A stretch of 64,000 bases of DNA from a virus (lineage: Duplodnaviria > Heunggongvirae > Uroviricota > Caudoviricetes): IMG/VR virus record IMGVR_UViG_3300009500_000011, positions 40,585 through 104,584 of that record. The stretch is one strand, 5' to 3'. Below are positions 1 to 10,858 of the stretch, piece by piece. The notes below the pieces were generated by a model. It worked only from the letters and a program-made list of their open reading frames with translations, did no database searches and was not told where the DNA came from. A program made the position numbers and the translations under genes. The stretch's first letter is position 1. The number at the start of each line of letters is the position of its first letter.

Positions 1-1050
1 GGTGCTTTAACTAAAGGTGAAGGTCTTCTTGGAAGTTTAACTGGCGGAGCAATTAAAAATGTAGGAAATGCTGCCAAAAATATTGGTCGCTTTGGAATTC
101 TTGGAGACGTTGGTGTTAGATTGGGTGATGCTTGGTATCAACATGCACATGGTAATGATAAGGAAGCCTTACATCAAGTTGGAATTAGTGCTACTGATGC
201 TGGTGAATATGCTGCTATGGGCGAAGCAATTTTACCTAAAGCTGTTCGTGTACCTGCTGCTTTAGCAGCAGTTGGCACTCGTTATATGATGGAAAAGAAA
301 AAAATAGAAGAAAACGAAAAAGACCCAACAAAACGCGCTCAAGAAATAGCAGATTTACAAAGACGCGAAGCTATAGATGCAGGAATTGATGTGGGAACAG
401 GTGTTTTAGGTACAGTAGCAGCACTTCCTGTTGCCGCTGCTTCATTGGGCATTGCTGGTCAAAATATTAGATTAAATCATTCTTTACATGGTGACCAAAA
501 AAGAATTGATGAAACTAAATATTTAGAAGGACAAACAGATTTAGGTGCTGACCCAGGAGGAAACATGTATGTTAGAAATCTTCCTGATTTTAAAAAATTT
601 GCAACAGAACAAGAAGAAAAGCGCAAAGCAAATTTACATGGAATGCCTGATATGAGTCATATAGATAAATATGGAAAAGATATGCAAGGTGCTTTTATTG
701 ACTCTTTAGCAAAAAATCCTAAAGAATTAGATAGTATTTTTAAAGAAGTTCAAACATTACAAAAAAATCATGCTTCTCCTATGGAACAATTTAAAGCAGC
801 AGCTATGGCAAACGGTAGCGCAGGCAATGCCGGTGGAAAATCAACAACCGTGAATGTAACCATAAATAATACTAATCCAAATTATCAAAATTATGCTACA
901 CAGCAACAAATTCAAGCGGCTATGAAAGAACAAATGACTTCAATATCTAAGCAATTATTTAATGAAGAAAGTTATAGTACAGGCGCAAATTTTGGCAATA
1001 CATTTGACCGAGTAGGAGCAACAATGTTTACTCCTGCATCTACGCCTTAG
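1..1050 (+). CDS. Probable tape measure protein, C-terminal part (5'-truncated)
   Basis: Frame 1 is open from base 1 (GALTKGEGLLGSLTGGAIKNVG...), so the ORF starts before the window. It is Ala/Gly-rich and helical, has a C-terminal 'TTVNVTINNTN' segment, and lies directly upstream of baseplate genes. Confidence 0.6.
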   Translation, partial: GALTKGEGLLGSLTGGAIKNVGNAAKNIGRFGILGDVGVRLGDAWYQHAHGNDKEALHQVGISATDAGEYAAMGEAILPKAVRVPAALAAVGTRYMMEKKKIEENEKDPTKRAQEIADLQRREAIDAGIDVGTGVLGTVAALPVAAASLGIAGQNIRLNHSLHGDQKRIDETKYLEGQTDLGADPGGNMYVRNLPDFKKFATEQEEKRKANLHGMPDMSHIDKYGKDMQGAFIDSLAKNPKELDSIFKEVQTLQKNHASPMEQFKAAAMANGSAGNAGGKSTTVNVTINNTNPNYQNYATQQQIQAAMKEQMTSISKQLFNEESYSTGANFGNTFDRVGATMFTPASTP

Positions 1051-1062
1051 AGGATATAAAAT

Positions 1063-1899
1063 ATGTCAGCAATGCCTCCTACAATTACCACATCTAGCCC
1101 TGGTAATACCGCCCAACAAAATAGTGCAAATACTAGTTCAACTGTTCAAAAATATCAATATTCTTTTCAACAACAATCTGCTAAAAGAAATAATCCTAAA
1201 CTTAGATTTACACTTTCAGTTCCAAATGTTCAGCAAACATTTTTAGCGCATTTAGACCCCAATGATGTTCAATATAAACAAGCAAAAAGGCTTGCAAGTT
1301 TAGATGTTTTAACTGGCGTTGTACTTCAAGATTTTGGATATAAAGCACCAATTCTTGAAGTTAAAGGAACTACAGGAAGTGCATACTATAATGAAATTAA
1401 TACATTAAATGGTATTTTCCAAAAACAAAATATCGGAACACCCGCTCCAGTTTCAATAACTTTAGAGGGTTATTCTTATCAAGCAGTTTGGACCGATTTT
1501 TCTTATGGACGCTCGATTAATCAAAGCGCAGGAAATTTAGTTCAATACGCAATGACGTTTACTGTTCTACAAGAATCAAGTGTTCAACCACAAACAGGTG
1601 ATACAGTTGCTGTGGGCAGTTCATATGTCGCAAATACAAATAATACCAATAATGGTAGCACAACTTCATCTGCTTCTCAACAAGCAATTACTATACCAGG
1701 TACAATATTGCAATATGTTAATAGTGCGGCGGCAGCGAATAATATTGTAAATTATAAAGGCCAAATGATTGAATATATTTCTGATAATTGGGATACAACG
1801 CAAGGGCCATATCCTGGATTAAATTCGAAATTAGGAAGTCAAACAATTAACGTACCTCTTAGTTGGCCTGCTATTATTACTCCTTCTGCAAGCACTTAA
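1063..1899 (+). CDS. Baseplate/tail-tube initiator-like protein
   Basis: Lies between tape measure and hub. The motif 'LDPNDVQY...LQDFGYKAPILEVKGTTG' resembles tube-initiator proteins of contractile tails. Confidence 0.5.
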   Translation: MSAMPPTITTSSPGNTAQQNSANTSSTVQKYQYSFQQQSAKRNNPKLRFTLSVPNVQQTFLAHLDPNDVQYKQAKRLASLDVLTGVVLQDFGYKAPILEVKGTTGSAYYNEINTLNGIFQKQNIGTPAPVSITLEGYSYQAVWTDFSYGRSINQSAGNLVQYAMTFTVLQESSVQPQTGDTVAVGSSYVANTNNTNNGSTTSSASQQAITIPGTILQYVNSAAAANNIVNYKGQMIEYISDNWDTTQGPYPGLNSKLGSQTINVPLSWPAIITPSAST

Positions 1900-1902
1900 A
1901 AT

Positions 1903-4900
1903 ATGGCGAATTCTTCATCAACTTCAAACCCAGGTTCAAATTCTACTACATCAACAGGTAGTCAGAATTCTTTTAGTATTCAAGGTGAACAATTACAATC
2001 ATATATTCAATCAATTCAAGCAACTTTTGTTGAAAAACCTGGATATGAAATTTATTTTTACTCACGCGCAGACACAAATTGTCAAGTTTTAAACAACACG
2101 AATTCAACTTCGTCTTCTGTTCCTACTGTTAATACGGGTCTGATTCAAGACTTTACCAACGTAACTCCAACGGCCTCTGTAAATTCATATACGAACAGTT
2201 CAAATGGTAATCTACCTTTAGTCGTAAATATTGAAGTTATACAAACCGTTGGAGAAGAAGGAAGTCGAGCAAACATAAGATTAATTCAACCTACAGGATT
2301 AACATATTTTTCTGAAACAATTGGAACAAATAAACCTGGTTTATCAGATTTTGATTCTAGTTTTTCAGGTCCACCTCATTTAATTGGAACAATGGATACT
2401 GTTTTAATTAAATTAAAAAATGGCAATCAAACCAAAACTGTTTTTAGAGGAGTTATCTCAACGATAAAACGTTCTAAAAGTGTTGGCGGAAGTGTAATTG
2501 ATTTAGAATGTAATGATTTTTCTGAATTTTTAAAGAATATAGTAGGCGTTAAAAACGGATTATGGTCAACAACTATCCCTTGTTTTACAGGAAGAGGTAT
2601 AGTTTATTATGTTCTTAATTATGCTAATAATCTTTTAAATGGTGATAAGCAATTATTTAATATAAAAATTAACCAACAAGAATTAGACAAAGCAACTCAG
2701 TTAATTTCAAATATAGTGCAATTAGGTGTAACATATGGAACAAATGGAAGTGCTTTAACAAATATTAACGATGCAGCGTCAACTCAATACACTAATTTTG
2801 CTCAACACGCTATGACTGTGCCGCCATTTTTTTATTTGCAATATGCGGAAAAAGCACAAGATGCTAATGCCATTGGAAATGTAAATATAGCACAACAAAT
2901 ATCTAGTTTTTTCCAAACATTAGCACAAAATACAGAAACATCTATTCAAGCATTATTAAGTGGTACTCTTTTATCGTCGTATATTGTTACTCCTGAAGAC
3001 CAAGAAACTGTTCAAACTTATTCTGTTGCTTTTAATAACACAAGTGGTAAAACTCAACAAAGAAGTGTTGCAAATAATACAGAAACACAGGTGCTTCCAG
3101 ATTTTCAAAAATATTCATGGATATTATCAGATTTATATATAGAAAAACTTTTTTATTCTTTTGAACATAAAAAAGTTTGGAATGTATTAACTGAAACTGC
3201 TGCAAGAGGTTTTAGAGAAGTTTATTTTGATTTTGCCCCACAAATTAATTACATGACAGCAACTAACTCTTATATTCCTCTTGATAATAAATTAATTAAA
3301 ACAACATCTGCAACAAATCTTCATGATATGCACCCCAATATTGGGATTGTAAAATACAGACTTTCTCCATCATTAATTCCTTATATTAGTGCAAATTTAA
3401 ATACAAGTGAATTTAATTTATATTCCATATCAGATAATCAAGTTATTTCATACGTATCCCAAGAAACAGAACGCGGAGTGACAACCGCTATTTTAGGTTA
3501 TGGTGCTACATTAACGCCAGAAGGTATTACTCAAGGATTAGTTAGTCTTTTAACATCTGAATCCGATGGTTTTGCTTTAGCACAAACTATCAATCCTCAA
3601 TATGAACAACGTTTGGGTTATCGTTTTAATACAATGCATGACCAAAAACTTGCTATTCCAATTTTAAGGTATTTAGTTTCTTATGTATTATTAGAAAAAA
3701 GTCAGTTGAGTATGTTTTCTCAACAAGTTCAAATTAACGGAAATCCTAATTATTATCCTGGTTCAATTGTTCAACTATCTTCTAAAAATACTGATTATTA
3801 TTGTACTGCTGTTGCACATCAATGGAGTTTACAAGGTTACACAACAACGTTATATCTTGAATATGGACATAGAACAGGTTCACTTCCTTTTGCAATAATT
3901 GAGGGAGGTACAGCAACCATAAATACCAATAAATGTGTTGCACAATATAATACATTAACTCCATTTTTAAAAGGCCAACCTCAAACTATTGGCGGTGTAA
4001 ATACTCAATGTTTTGTAAATGCAATTTGGGGATTTTGGTGTGGATATGCTCAAACAAATTTACAAGAATTTTCTAAAGAATATCAAACTCAGTTATCAAA
4101 TGGACAAAAATCTGTACAAAATAATTCAACAGATTGGATTACTTTATCTACACCAAATATGCCAACAACATATGACAGTATTATTTCCAATGCTATTTCA
4201 GCAACTGGTTTAAATAAATATAATGTTACTTTAAATACAATTAAAAATATTATTAACGACGAATCAAGTTTTAATCCTCAAGCAGGTGCTGGAGGTTCAT
4301 ATGTTGGGTTAATGCAAGTTGGACAATCTACATATCCAGGTCAAGATTTAACAAATCCTACGACTAATATTCAAGCAGGTTGCCAAATTCTTTTATCCAA
4401 ATTTACTGAGGTAAATGCTAAACCTGGATGTTCTGGAACAACATGGTTAAAAGCAATTCAAGCATATAATGGACTTGCTCCTAATGGCTCTACCGACCCA
4501 TCAACCTGGAATTCACCTGGTTACAATGAAATTAATGGACAAAACATTCCGGTTTATTATTGCACAAAGGTTTTTGGTGCCACTCAAGCTCAAGCGATAG
4601 CAAATAATCAACAAATACCTGGACCTAATGGTTCTGCACTTTCAGCAATTTTACCAACTGGAACTAATTCTGCATGGCCTTATTTTTGTTATGGTCCATG
4701 TGGTATCCGTGTTCACCAAGCAAATTCAAATATAAATGAAAATCCAAATGCCCCACAATCCGATTATAATGCTGTTGTTTCTCAATTAGAAAATTTTTCT
4801 TCTGGGATGACCTTAAGTGTAACTTATTTGGTTAAATTACTACAACAATACCAAAATTCAAATTCTACTGTTCAAGTTACTAATGCACCTGGAAGATTTA

Positions 4901-5541
4901 ATGGATTAATAAATAATAGCTCAACTTTACAAAAAGCAATAGCTGCTTGGTATTCTGATAATATTGCACAATCTTGGGAACCCAAATTTAATGCAACTAA
5001 TTTTACTAATGCTTTAACTCAAATAACAAATAATTATAACACATGTTTAAACTGTGCAGGAACTAGTATCACACCAAATTTAAATCAAGGACTAAATGCA
5101 CAATTTGCCAATATAACCTTTTCTCATCCTACAAATGGGGTCGGAAGTATTACGTCACCTTTTGGTCCAAGAACAGCGCCTACCCCAGGTGGCTCTACTC
5201 AACATAAAGGTGTTGATATTGGTAATAATAATCAACCTTTTAATGTTTATGCTGCACAACCTGGTACAGTTGTATATGCAGGTTATGATAGCTCTGCTGG
5301 CCATTTTATTGAAATATTACATTCAAATAATTATATGACACGTTATTTGGATTTAGGAACTTTAAATGTTCAAACTGGACAAGTTGTTGCCGAAAATCAA
5401 TTAATTGGAGTAACCGGACCAGGACCAAATGAAACCGGAATTCACTTGCATTTTGAAATCCGTACCGGAGCAACAAGTTCTTCTGCAATAGGTGCTGCAC
5501 AAAATCCAACTTCATTTAATATACAACCGCCATTACAATAA
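1903..5541 (+). CDS. Baseplate hub (gpD/gp27-like) fused to lytic transglycosylase (SLT) and M23 peptidase domains
   Basis: Hub-like 'VFRGVISTI...DLECND' and 'INGNPNYYPG...YYCTAVAHQW...YTTTLYL'. SLT motifs IINDESSFNP (catalytic Glu), GLMQV, NIQAG and AYN. M23 motifs HKGVD and HLHFEIR. Confidence 0.85.
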   Translation: MANSSSTSNPGSNSTTSTGSQNSFSIQGEQLQSYIQSIQATFVEKPGYEIYFYSRADTNCQVLNNTNSTSSSVPTVNTGLIQDFTNVTPTASVNSYTNSSNGNLPLVVNIEVIQTVGEEGSRANIRLIQPTGLTYFSETIGTNKPGLSDFDSSFSGPPHLIGTMDTVLIKLKNGNQTKTVFRGVISTIKRSKSVGGSVIDLECNDFSEFLKNIVGVKNGLWSTTIPCFTGRGIVYYVLNYANNLLNGDKQLFNIKINQQELDKATQLISNIVQLGVTYGTNGSALTNINDAASTQYTNFAQHAMTVPPFFYLQYAEKAQDANAIGNVNIAQQISSFFQTLAQNTETSIQALLSGTLLSSYIVTPEDQETVQTYSVAFNNTSGKTQQRSVANNTETQVLPDFQKYSWILSDLYIEKLFYSFEHKKVWNVLTETAARGFREVYFDFAPQINYMTATNSYIPLDNKLIKTTSATNLHDMHPNIGIVKYRLSPSLIPYISANLNTSEFNLYSISDNQVISYVSQETERGVTTAILGYGATLTPEGITQGLVSLLTSESDGFALAQTINPQYEQRLGYRFNTMHDQKLAIPILRYLVSYVLLEKSQLSMFSQQVQINGNPNYYPGSIVQLSSKNTDYYCTAVAHQWSLQGYTTTLYLEYGHRTGSLPFAIIEGGTATINTNKCVAQYNTLTPFLKGQPQTIGGVNTQCFVNAIWGFWCGYAQTNLQEFSKEYQTQLSNGQKSVQNNSTDWITLSTPNMPTTYDSIISNAISATGLNKYNVTLNTIKNIINDESSFNPQAGAGGSYVGLMQVGQSTYPGQDLTNPTTNIQAGCQILLSKFTEVNAKPGCSGTTWLKAIQAYNGLAPNGSTDPSTWNSPGYNEINGQNIPVYYCTKVFGATQAQAIANNQQIPGPNGSALSAILPTGTNSAWPYFCYGPCGIRVHQANSNINENPNAPQSDYNAVVSQLENFSSGMTLSVTYLVKLLQQYQNSNSTVQVTNAPGRFNGLINNSSTLQKAIAAWYSDNIAQSWEPKFNATNFTNALTQITNNYNTCLNCAGTSITPNLNQGLNAQFANITFSHPTNGVGSITSPFGPRTAPTPGGSTQHKGVDIGNNNQPFNVYAAQPGTVVYAGYDSSAGHFIEILHSNNYMTRYLDLGTLNVQTGQVVAENQLIGVTGPGPNETGIHLHFEIRTGATSSSAIGAAQNPTSFNIQPPLQ

Positions 5542-5562
5542 AGATTAGAAAGGAGAAATATC

Positions 5563-6777
5563 GTGCCATATAGTCAAGATAATAAAATTAATGATTTTAA
5601 ATCTCGCCGAAAAACAGCAACAATTACTGGTGTAAATCCACAAGCGAAAACTGTCACAATTAAATATACCAGTCAACAAGGTGATTTTCAAAATCTTGAT
5701 TTATCCTTTCAAAATGTTGGCCTTTCTTGGGGTCGTCTTCACATGCCTCAAATTGGTGATAGAGTTATAATTGACACAACTCAGGGTGATTATCCAATTA
5801 TGGTTGGAATGGCACCTCAAAATAATCAATTATTACCATATTTGGACCCTGGTGAAATTGCAGATACTAACTCCGATGGTTCTTTTATTCATTTAAGAAA
5901 CGCTCGTCGTCGTGTTCAATCAACTGGAGAATTAATTGGATATAACGAAACAAAAGGACCTAATGGTGAAACCGATATTGAAATGGAGCCAGGCGGAATA
6001 ACTATTGGCGTTCGCAGTAAACAAGATACAAGTTCTAAAGCACCACGTTGGTATCAACATTCATATATTGCAATGTATGATAACGGCGACATTAACATTC
6101 AATCAAGACAGTCTGGACAGACAAAGGGATTGTTGCGAATGGATGGGGACAATGGATTTGTGTTTCTTTCTGCTGGTGATGGAACAGTTCAAGAATATGT
6201 TGAGCTTGACCCAGTTAATAAATTAATAACTTTATTTTCCGATGGAGATTCACACCAACATACCCAACAAGATTGGAAAATAAATGTATATGGTAATCAA
6301 CTACATAATTTGGGCAACATTTTAGAGATTAATGTCGGTGTTGCAACTTCGAGTACACCTGCAAATTTTAATGATGTAAAACCGGATTCAGACCTTTCAC
6401 AAGGCGATATTAGAATTAATAATTCTACAACTGCTGGAACAGGTAATTTTTATCTTCATATTAAAGGTAATGCCAATATAGAATTAGACCAGGGTAATTA
6501 TAATTTAAATGTTGACCAAGGAACCGTTAATATAACTTCAGAGGGGGATGTAAATGTTTCTACTCAAGGAAATGCAAATGTTACTTCTCAGGGAAAAGCG
6601 GTTATTCTTGCACAATCTGAAGTTGATATAACGGGTTCAAAAATTACTTTAAATGGCGGAACAGAAACTGTAGCAACAATAACAGATATCCAAACGCATA
6701 CTCATTCTGGTGTACAAAATGGAGAAGGATTTACAGGAACATCTTCTTATTCAGCAACAAGGCAGGTATATGCGTAA
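5563..6777 (+). CDS. Baseplate central spike (P2 gpV/gp5-like)
   Basis: N-terminal OB-fold 'MPQIGDRVII', C-terminal beta-helix repeats (NVTSQGKAVI) and metal-binding apex 'THTHSGVQNG'. GTG start with AAGGAG SD. Confidence 0.85.
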   Translation: MPYSQDNKINDFKSRRKTATITGVNPQAKTVTIKYTSQQGDFQNLDLSFQNVGLSWGRLHMPQIGDRVIIDTTQGDYPIMVGMAPQNNQLLPYLDPGEIADTNSDGSFIHLRNARRRVQSTGELIGYNETKGPNGETDIEMEPGGITIGVRSKQDTSSKAPRWYQHSYIAMYDNGDINIQSRQSGQTKGLLRMDGDNGFVFLSAGDGTVQEYVELDPVNKLITLFSDGDSHQHTQQDWKINVYGNQLHNLGNILEINVGVATSSTPANFNDVKPDSDLSQGDIRINNSTTAGTGNFYLHIKGNANIELDQGNYNLNVDQGTVNITSEGDVNVSTQGNANVTSQGKAVILAQSEVDITGSKITLNGGTETVATITDIQTHTHSGVQNGEGFTGTSSYSATRQVYA

Positions 6778-8253
6778 ATGAGCAGCACAGTTTATACTTG
6801 GGGTGGTTCATCATTTACTAGTCCCGATTTTATCACTTCTCAATTTATGTTATCATCATCAGATGGAAATACATATTTTTATGAACAAAATTATATGCTT
6901 TTTTTTCCTGTTACTTTTTCAAGTGAAGGTGCCCCTTATTATACGGGAAATGGGCAAGGAGTAACATTACCTGTTAATACCAGTTTATTAGTGTTAACGG
7001 GGTATGCTTCTTATATTACCGCTTTCGATGCTTCAATTTATCAAACAAGAGCAAATTCTTTTTTAAGTGACCCTACAAATATTTTAGATGCTGCAAATCA
7101 ACAACCTACCTCTTTGGTTACAAATTCAACTACAGCAGCACTTACTGCTAATGCAAATTTACAACAAGCATTACAGAATGCAACAGGTATATTGACAGAC
7201 GTACATTTAAATTTTGCAATGAAAGATATTATGAACTCTTGGCCTGGAGGTTCTTCTATCATAAGCATGATAAGTGGTTTTTTGGCAAATCATCAAAATT
7301 TAATTTTAGGTTCTCAGTTAAAAATTCAAAAATTAATTGATTTTAAACAAGCATTAATATCTCAATCTGTTCAAAATGCCAATAAACAAGTTGCCATTTC
7401 TGGACAATTAAATACTTGGCAAAATCAAGGTACTTTTACAGGTTTAGCTTCTGCTTTTCCAACTGTATCAACTTTAACATCTTCTTTTAGTGGACAAAAC
7501 ACTCAAATTTCCCAAAATTTAACTAAATTTATTCCAGGTTCTGCTGCTTCTGGTGATAGTACGATATCTTCTATATTTGGAAATGCAGGTTTAAATATAA
7601 ATAGTTTACCACCAATTTTAAATCCTATGGATAAATTTATCATAGATTTAGGAAATTTAAATACAAATAATGTCTCTTTTAATGGTTTTTCAAGTCTTTC
7701 CCAAGCAACAAATCACATTAATCAATTAGCAAATTTATTAAATAATATTCATGCAACAATGCCTGTAACTCCTCAAGGTGTTGTTAAAACTCCTGTTACA
7801 AATCCAGCAACAATTTATAGCACCGCAACACAATATGCAAATGCCCAAAATGGAATTACAACTACAGTAAGTGCTAGTGCTGCGGCTTTAGCAAAATTGG
7901 CAAACACTACAACTGTTATAGCAAGTTCTTCACCAACTTTAGGAACTAATGCGTCTATGGGCGGAACTTTAGCAAACAATCCTTCAATTTCTAATGTTCT
8001 TCCTTCAAGTTTGCCTCCAGTACCTGATTATAATATTACAACTTCTCCTGACCCTGAAATTGCTTCAACTCAAAATAACATAAATAATCAACAAGTTGCT
8101 GCAAATGCTACAACGACGACAATGATAGTTAGCGCAGGTGATTGTATAAACAACATTGCTGATGTTGTTCCTTTAAAACCAAGGTGTAAACCATTCAATG
8201 GAAGTTTAGGTGATTTTAATGGTTCTAATCAAATACCTTTAATTATTCCCTAA
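6778..8253 (+). CDS. Unknown virion protein, N/S/T/A-rich
   Basis: 491-aa ORF abutting the spike gene inside the baseplate operon; no motif recognised. Confidence 0.55.
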   Translation: MSSTVYTWGGSSFTSPDFITSQFMLSSSDGNTYFYEQNYMLFFPVTFSSEGAPYYTGNGQGVTLPVNTSLLVLTGYASYITAFDASIYQTRANSFLSDPTNILDAANQQPTSLVTNSTTAALTANANLQQALQNATGILTDVHLNFAMKDIMNSWPGGSSIISMISGFLANHQNLILGSQLKIQKLIDFKQALISQSVQNANKQVAISGQLNTWQNQGTFTGLASAFPTVSTLTSSFSGQNTQISQNLTKFIPGSAASGDSTISSIFGNAGLNINSLPPILNPMDKFIIDLGNLNTNNVSFNGFSSLSQATNHINQLANLLNNIHATMPVTPQGVVKTPVTNPATIYSTATQYANAQNGITTTVSASAAALAKLANTTTVIASSSPTLGTNASMGGTLANNPSISNVLPSSLPPVPDYNITTSPDPEIASTQNNINNQQVAANATTTTMIVSAGDCINNIADVVPLKPRCKPFNGSLGDFNGSNQIPLIIP

Positions 8254-8326
8254 AACCATCTATGATAAAATTATGAACATATTTCATATTGTGTAATGAG
8301 GATATGAAAATGTTTAAGGAAAAATT

Positions 8327-8803
8327 ATGTCAACAACGTTTCAATTAACAACGGCATCTGGACCAATTTCTGACCAAAGCGATGATATAGCGATAGATGC
8401 TATTGGGGCATTAGTTCCTATTACTGGTTTAGCAAAATTAGAACAAGATATTCTTAAAATATTAAGAACTGCAACAAACAATTTTTATAAAAATTATGAA
8501 ACAGAAATTGATTCCTTAATCGGCGGAAATTATAACGTTGATGAAATCAAACAAACTTTAGCAAACAATATTACAAATTCTTTAGTTTATTTGCAATATT
8601 TACAGCAGCAGCAACAAAAATATCAAATCTTAGATGCTGCTGAAGTTCTTGAAACTATCAATTCAATTGCTGTTACATATTTAGGTGATATTACTCCAAC
8701 AGGTACAAATTTAACAACTTATACTGTGGCCATTTCTGTAACAAATGCTGCCCAAAATACTGTAACAATAAGTACCACATCACAGGCTGGTAGGTTTGAT
8801 TAA
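8327..8803 (+). CDS. Baseplate wedge/sheath initiator (gp25/gpW-like)
   Basis: Size (158 aa), position just before baseplate J, and 'ITGLAKLEQDILKILRT' pattern. Confidence 0.65.
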   Translation: MSTTFQLTTASGPISDQSDDIAIDAIGALVPITGLAKLEQDILKILRTATNNFYKNYETEIDSLIGGNYNVDEIKQTLANNITNSLVYLQYLQQQQQKYQILDAAEVLETINSIAVTYLGDITPTGTNLTTYTVAISVTNAAQNTVTISTTSQAGRFD

Positions 8804-8805
8804 TA

Positions 8806-10842
8806 ATGGCAAAAAGCTTTGATACGATTTCTCAAGATATTATTACAAATATTTTGACTGTTAATCCAACTATTGATGTTAAAATTGGGTCACCTGTTCG
8901 TGATTTATTTATTGATGTTCAAGCTTCACAATTACAAGATTTATACACACTTGTTGATTATGTAAGCGAAGCACAATCAATTTTAACTGCTACGGGAAAT
9001 CAGTTAGATTTGCTTGCTTATAACAATTTGGTCACAAGATTTCAACCAACATATGCTACAGTTACTGAAACTTTGATTATTTCGAATGGCGTTCAAGCAC
9101 CAACCTTATTGCAATTGGGCGACCAATTTTTTACTAATTCATCTGCAACTGGTTCACAAATAACTTTCATCGTTGCTGCTTCAACATTATTAACTCCAGG
9201 ATTAGTGCAAGCAGTAATTCCTTTAATTGCTTTAAATCCAGGTTCTGCAAGTAATGTCCCGGCTCAATCTATAACAGAATGTAATTATGATTTTGTTGAT
9301 TCAGTTTATAATGCGTCGGCAGCAACAGGCGGAGCAGATACAGAATCAGATTCTGCATTTGCTGGAAGAATTCCAATTTTTATAACTGGAATTTATAATA
9401 ATGTTTACAACGGTATTGTTAAAACTTTATTCAACATTGCAAATGTCAATACAACTCCTCAAATTATCACACCAGATAATCCTTTATCCCGTGGACCATA
9501 TACCGTTGATGTTTATATTCAAAGGGACCAAGATTATTATGGAACTCCGGTTTCAGAAACTGCTCCAGCAAATTCATATCAGTATAAGTTTTTACAACAA
9601 CCATTATATGAATTAAATCCAATTAATGAAATTACCATTTTTAACCCTTCAACTAATACCACAACAACAATTGCTCCATCTATTAATGGTATAAGTCAAT
9701 ACGAAGTGGCTGCAAATGGCGCTGACGTTACTGGAGAGTATAAAGGGTCAATATATGCCGGGCAGACATTAAACTGGCTTGTACAGCCTCCTACGCTGCC
9801 TTATACAGTTAATTACAATGTAGACGAAACAGTTGTTAATGCACAATCGGCTTTTGATGCAAATGTTGAAGTTGTTGCAGATGTTTTATTTAAACAATCT
9901 AATGCAGTACCTATCTATATTAGCGCAAGTTTATATGCTAATTCATCTGGTTCTACTGCCACATCATCAACTGCAACAATCACACAAACTGCCGAATCAA
10001 ATCTTGAAACATTTTTTGGTAGTTTAACAACAAATACACCTGTTGTTTTTAATAATATTGTTTTTACACTTCTTCAAGATACTTCATTAAATAATGTTGT
10101 AATAACAAATTTTGATAGTACAACTGATATACAACTTGTTTATAACGGAAGTCAATTCGTGCCTTCACCAAATAATTTAGCTTTGTATGAACATCCATTG
10201 ACTCCATTAGATACATATTGGGAAATTGATGCTACTCCAGGACCTTTTCAACCATTCACAATTGCTGCACAATTATTTATTGGAAATAGAGACTTAATTT
10301 CTTCAGGAATTGTAAAAACTGCCGGAATTAATTTAAGTGCTTCAACAACAAAAAGTGGTGTACCTTCTGTAGATTCGATACAATTATCGACAAGTTGGGG
10401 TGCAAATATTGATTCTTATTATGACAAAAAAACACAAACATTAGTTTTTAACTTTGATTCTGTACCTAGTGACTTATCAACAGCTACAATAACATTAAAT
10501 TTAATACAACAATATATAGATATATCTAGCAATCTTAGTTATTTGACACTTGCTCCCGATTTAGTTCAACCAATTTATGTAATTACAAGTACCGCTAATT
10601 TGGCTCAACCAATTTATGCAACCGTTCTTCCTGCTGGTTTAGATGCAAGTATTGCTAATGTATATAAAAATAATTTATTATTAACTTTAAGTCCTGATGG
10701 TGTAACAGGTGATTATACTATTGCAGGACCAGACCCTACAACTGGACTTTATCAAATAACATTTATAAATCAACCAGCATCTACAGATATTTTACAATTT
10801 GGTTTATTAAATCCTAATCTTTCTATTAGTTTTACAAGTTAG
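8806..10842 (+). CDS. Baseplate J-like wedge protein
   Basis: Motifs 'ATGNQLDLLA', 'ALNPGSASNV', 'AATGGADTESDSAFAGRI' and 'GPYTVDVYI' are typical of the baseplate J/gp6 family. Confidence 0.85.
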   Translation: MAKSFDTISQDIITNILTVNPTIDVKIGSPVRDLFIDVQASQLQDLYTLVDYVSEAQSILTATGNQLDLLAYNNLVTRFQPTYATVTETLIISNGVQAPTLLQLGDQFFTNSSATGSQITFIVAASTLLTPGLVQAVIPLIALNPGSASNVPAQSITECNYDFVDSVYNASAATGGADTESDSAFAGRIPIFITGIYNNVYNGIVKTLFNIANVNTTPQIITPDNPLSRGPYTVDVYIQRDQDYYGTPVSETAPANSYQYKFLQQPLYELNPINEITIFNPSTNTTTTIAPSINGISQYEVAANGADVTGEYKGSIYAGQTLNWLVQPPTLPYTVNYNVDETVVNAQSAFDANVEVVADVLFKQSNAVPIYISASLYANSSGSTATSSTATITQTAESNLETFFGSLTTNTPVVFNNIVFTLLQDTSLNNVVITNFDSTTDIQLVYNGSQFVPSPNNLALYEHPLTPLDTYWEIDATPGPFQPFTIAAQLFIGNRDLISSGIVKTAGINLSASTTKSGVPSVDSIQLSTSWGANIDSYYDKKTQTLVFNFDSVPSDLSTATITLNLIQQYIDISSNLSYLTLAPDLVQPIYVITSTANLAQPIYATVLPAGLDASIANVYKNNLLLTLSPDGVTGDYTIAGPDPTTGLYQITFINQPASTDILQFGLLNPNLSISFTS

Positions 10843-10858
10843 TAGTAGTAATTAAAAC

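Noticed and set aside
8276-8314. Imperfect hairpin (TTTCATAT/ATATGAAA core) upstream of the gp25-like gene
   Set aside because: It is almost all A/T, has no U-tail, and the SD lies outside the stem, so it is plausible by chance at this composition.
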